64,000 nt of DNA, taken from the NCBI GenBank assembly GCA_905178155.1, contig CAJINV010000003.1:9989979-10053978 (forward strand), given 5' to 3'. The notes beneath the pieces were generated by a model. The model was not told the origin of the DNA and did not search any database. It was given only the letters and a program-made list of their open reading frames with translations. This DNA comes from Amoebophrya sp. A120 (Eukaryota > Protista > Dinoflagellata). Shown here in pieces: positions 60,952-64,000 of this stretch (positions are counted from its first letter, which is position 1; every line of letters starts with the position of its first letter). The position numbers were made by a program, and so were the translations under genes.

Positions 60952-61176
60952 GCGCCGTTAACTACTCGCGCCCGCGAGTTGACCCCCGGGCCGGCCGGCC
61001 GGACGGTTAGCTTGCGGCTTGAATGGTTCCCAATTTCTCAATCTGCCCAAGCAGCGAGTTTCTCAATCGGCTCTGTTTTGGGCTGGTTCAGCAGCTGAGA
61101 ACCATACAGGCCGCGAGTTAACCGCCCGGCTGGCCGCCGGAGGGTTAACTCGCGGGCGCGAGATAACTGTCGGCGC
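60952..61176. mobile_element. MITE-like element with about 70-bp imperfect inverted arms
   Basis: CTCGCGCCCGCGAGTTGACCC..ATGGTTC pairs with GAACCAT..GGGTTAACTCGCGGGCGCGAG. Confidence 0.7.
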
Positions 61177-64000
61177 GTTTTCTACCTCACTCCTGTGCAC
61201 TTTGCCCCGTGCGTGTCAATTTTATAGGTTACATTCCAAGTCACGTTATCAACGTGGAATCACGCTAGTCGAATCACGTTTGCAATAGAATCAAGCTAAT
61301 GGAGTCAAGTTATAATAGTCTGGCTTCAGGGTTTGGGGTCTACGGTTTGGGGTTTGTGGTCGTCGGCCAGGGCAGCCGCCGCCGGCCGGCGCCGCCTCTG
61401 TTTTCTCCCTGTTGCGCCAACGCGCCCCCTCGCCCTGCCCGCGCTTGTGGTTATGTTGTTGCCCCATTGTGGTTCTCGGTGCTCGCTCCCGCCGTGGCTC
61501 CTAGGCCGGGCTGGGTGCGTCATTCGTTCCGGCGGACCGGTGGGGCCGCCCGGCGTTCGTTTAGGTTGTGGACATTCGGCAAACGCGACCCCATGGCCAA
61601 CGTGATCCCGCTAGCTGGATTGCATTGCGAAACGTGACGCCAGATTTTGCCTAGCGCGATCGGGGTGGTTTCCAATTTTATGAGAGCCGGCTACGCCCCC
61701 CCCCCGTGACAGACAACCGCCGGGGGCGGATCTCTTCGGTTCGGGGGAGATGTTCCGGTGCCGATGGCGGCGGCAATCGCTGCGCAACAAAAAAGGCCCC
61801 CCCAGCGGCCTGCGCTGCTCCGGCCCCCCCGCCATTCATTTGATTTGCTAGCTAGCGGCCCCGCCTGACCCAGGGCGCGCAGGCGAGGAAAGCCGCCGCC
61901 CCGGCTTCTTTTAAATATCCTGCCCAATCCGTAGAATAGAAGAAGGCAGCAAAAGCAACGGGGGGCGCGCAATTTTGCCGTCATTCTCGACGCGGGGCGG
62001 GCGCGCGCGAGCCAGATGGGCGGGCCCTCATTCAATGCGCCCGAGGAACCCGAGCGCCGGAACGGGGCGGCCGCCCACCCACAAGGCCATGCGTGGACCG
62101 CCTTCCGGCTTCCGCCATGAAAAAGCGCGCGGGCGGGGAAATTTCCCTGCGGACAGGCCGGGGCCGGCGCGCTCGGGCCAATGCCGTCGCCGTTCAGACA
62201 GGAAGCCAGCCTCCGGCAGATTCGGGTAGGTAGAAAAAACCGCAGAGAGTTGCATTAGTTTCAAAGATGGGCCAGCTGCTGCGTCGACGGACGATTTTTC
62301 CGGGTGGGTGGCGCCTTCTCTTCTCCGTATAGCCGCAAGGGCGCCCGGGCTCCTTTTTGGGGGCCCCGCCCCATGTTTTCATTCCGTGTTTGAGGGCCTG
62401 CAACTTTCGCGCGGCCTGTTTTTGCCCCTTTCGGTTCGCCGTTTGCTTGGTGGGCGCCCCCGGCCTTTTTTCCCCGCCAGGGTGGCAGGTTTTGGGAATG
62501 CGTTGGGCCTTTGGTTTTCCAGCCTGGCGGCTGCTTGTGTGCCCCGCGTCGCCTTCGTGTGTTTGGGCCCCCGGGCTTGTGGCTGAAGCACCTACAGCCG
62601 AACAGGCGTGCCGGCGGCGGCGGCTTTCGCAGGTTCGCTCAGCCGGCGTGGCGTGCGTGATGGGCGCTTATCAGGTTGCGGCCAAATTCGCTCGGTTGCT
62701 TGCCGGCTTTTGTGCGCGTCTTGGGTGTCTTTCTTCTTGGCCGGGCCCGCGATAGTCATGCATCGGGAAGGTGACTCACTGCGATAGCCATTGCGAAGAT
62801 AGAAGCGCTCTAAGAGGCAGGCTTGGTTGCGATTCTTTTGGGCCTTCGCACTCGAGAAAATCTTCGCACTCGAGAAAAGGAGCGCGAGCGTTTCATATTT
62901 CCAAACTGCGCCACGAATTGGGGGCAAACACAGCGCAAAGCATTACGCAGGGCCCACGCAAGGCAGCGCGGTAAAAGCTGGAAGCCTTCGGGGTGCAGCT
63001 GGCCTTCTGCGCCGCAAACGGGGGTGGCCGGCGGGGTTTTTTTCCTTGGGGGGTGACGCTTGCGCCCTGGGTGTTTTGGGCGCAACCGATTGAAGCCCTG
63101 TCGCGCCTGGCCTACTTCCCGGCTGGGAAGTGTTTTCTTTTGATCCTCAGGCGGCGCCCTGCCGGCGCCGCACTCTGTGCTGCCTTCACTTGGCAGGGCC
63201 TTCGGGGACCCGTGTTTTCTCCCGCTCAACTGCCTCAGTCTGTCTCCGCTTTATGGCCTTCCTGGCGCAGAAGGTGGCGACAAGCGGGGCCCGGAGTTCG
63301 CCCAGTTCGGCCGATTCGTGCGGCCGCGCGCGCCCGCTGCTTGTTCTTTCCCGCCCCCCCTCGTACACCAGCGCGCCGCGCCTTAGCGCGCCACCTTTTG
63401 CGCCCGCCCCGTTGCGCGTAGTCTCCAGCAGGCGACGGCCGGCCGGGCCCGCTCCGGAACTTTGGTGGTGGGCGCGGGCCGGGATTAAAAGCACTAAAAA
63501 CCTTGGAGCTTTTACTTTGGTTGCCGGGCTCAGGCGTCACGCTCTGGAACTTTGACGGCCGAGATTAAGGGCCAAGCCTTACAACTCTGGCGGCCGAGAC
63601 TATGCCAGGGGCGCAAGAAGCTCGGCGCCCGGGATTAGGGGCAAAACTTTGAGGCGTTGCCTATCGAGGTGGAGCAGTTTGCCAATTCGCAAAGCGAAAG
63701 CGGTGGCGTGCGATTGTTGACAAAAAAGCTGGAACGCCGAACAGGCGGCAAAAGGTTTCGAACCCCAGCACTTTGGAAATTCGCGAAAGTTCTCAAAGTT
63801 CGAAAAGTCTGGCAAAATTTGAGGCGTGGGCCGGTAATTTTTTTCCCCCGGCAAGTCGCCGAACTGCCCCCGCTCAGCAGGTGGAGCTGTATGCGAGGGC
63901 GCCGGGACCAGAAAAATAAAAGGGAGGCGGGGAAGTAGGATAAAGCTAAGAGAAGCGGCCCTCCTTTAAAAAGCGCGCCTGTTAATATGTGTGCCATTTC

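Overview
This is eukaryotic, intron-rich and repeat-rich genomic DNA, very probably from a dinoflagellate-lineage protist. A 21/22 match to the dinoflagellate spliced leader lies at 47439-47460, TTTAGGG-like motifs occur, and the non-canonical introns resemble those of Amoebophrya-like Syndiniales; the lineage assignment is inference. Most ORF-track entries are spurious frames in GC-rich repeats. All genes I can recognise are on the + strand: a multi-exon IQUB/FAP253 radial-spoke gene (about 15.6-28.7 kb), a divergent ARF/ARL small GTPase (29.9-32.3 kb), a large coiled-coil protein gene (at least 44.8-56.3 kb, possibly from 34.4 kb) and two long ORFs of unknown function. The most striking signal is splicing. 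Within the IQUB gene, ordinary GT-AG introns alternate with introns that restore the conserved protein only if removed at non-GT-AG boundaries. These are flanked by short direct repeats and/or terminal inverted repeats (TAT...ATA, GTATCCTG...CAGGATAC), and several fit a one-base-shifted 'GT...A|G' rule. Introns and intergenic DNA also hold a co-oriented family of Helentron/Helitron2-like non-autonomous elements, foldback MITEs, a TSD-flanked (GAT)n-tailed insertion, a palindrome-cored repeat array and microsatellites. All splice junctions were inferred by eye from protein conservation and need RNA evidence.
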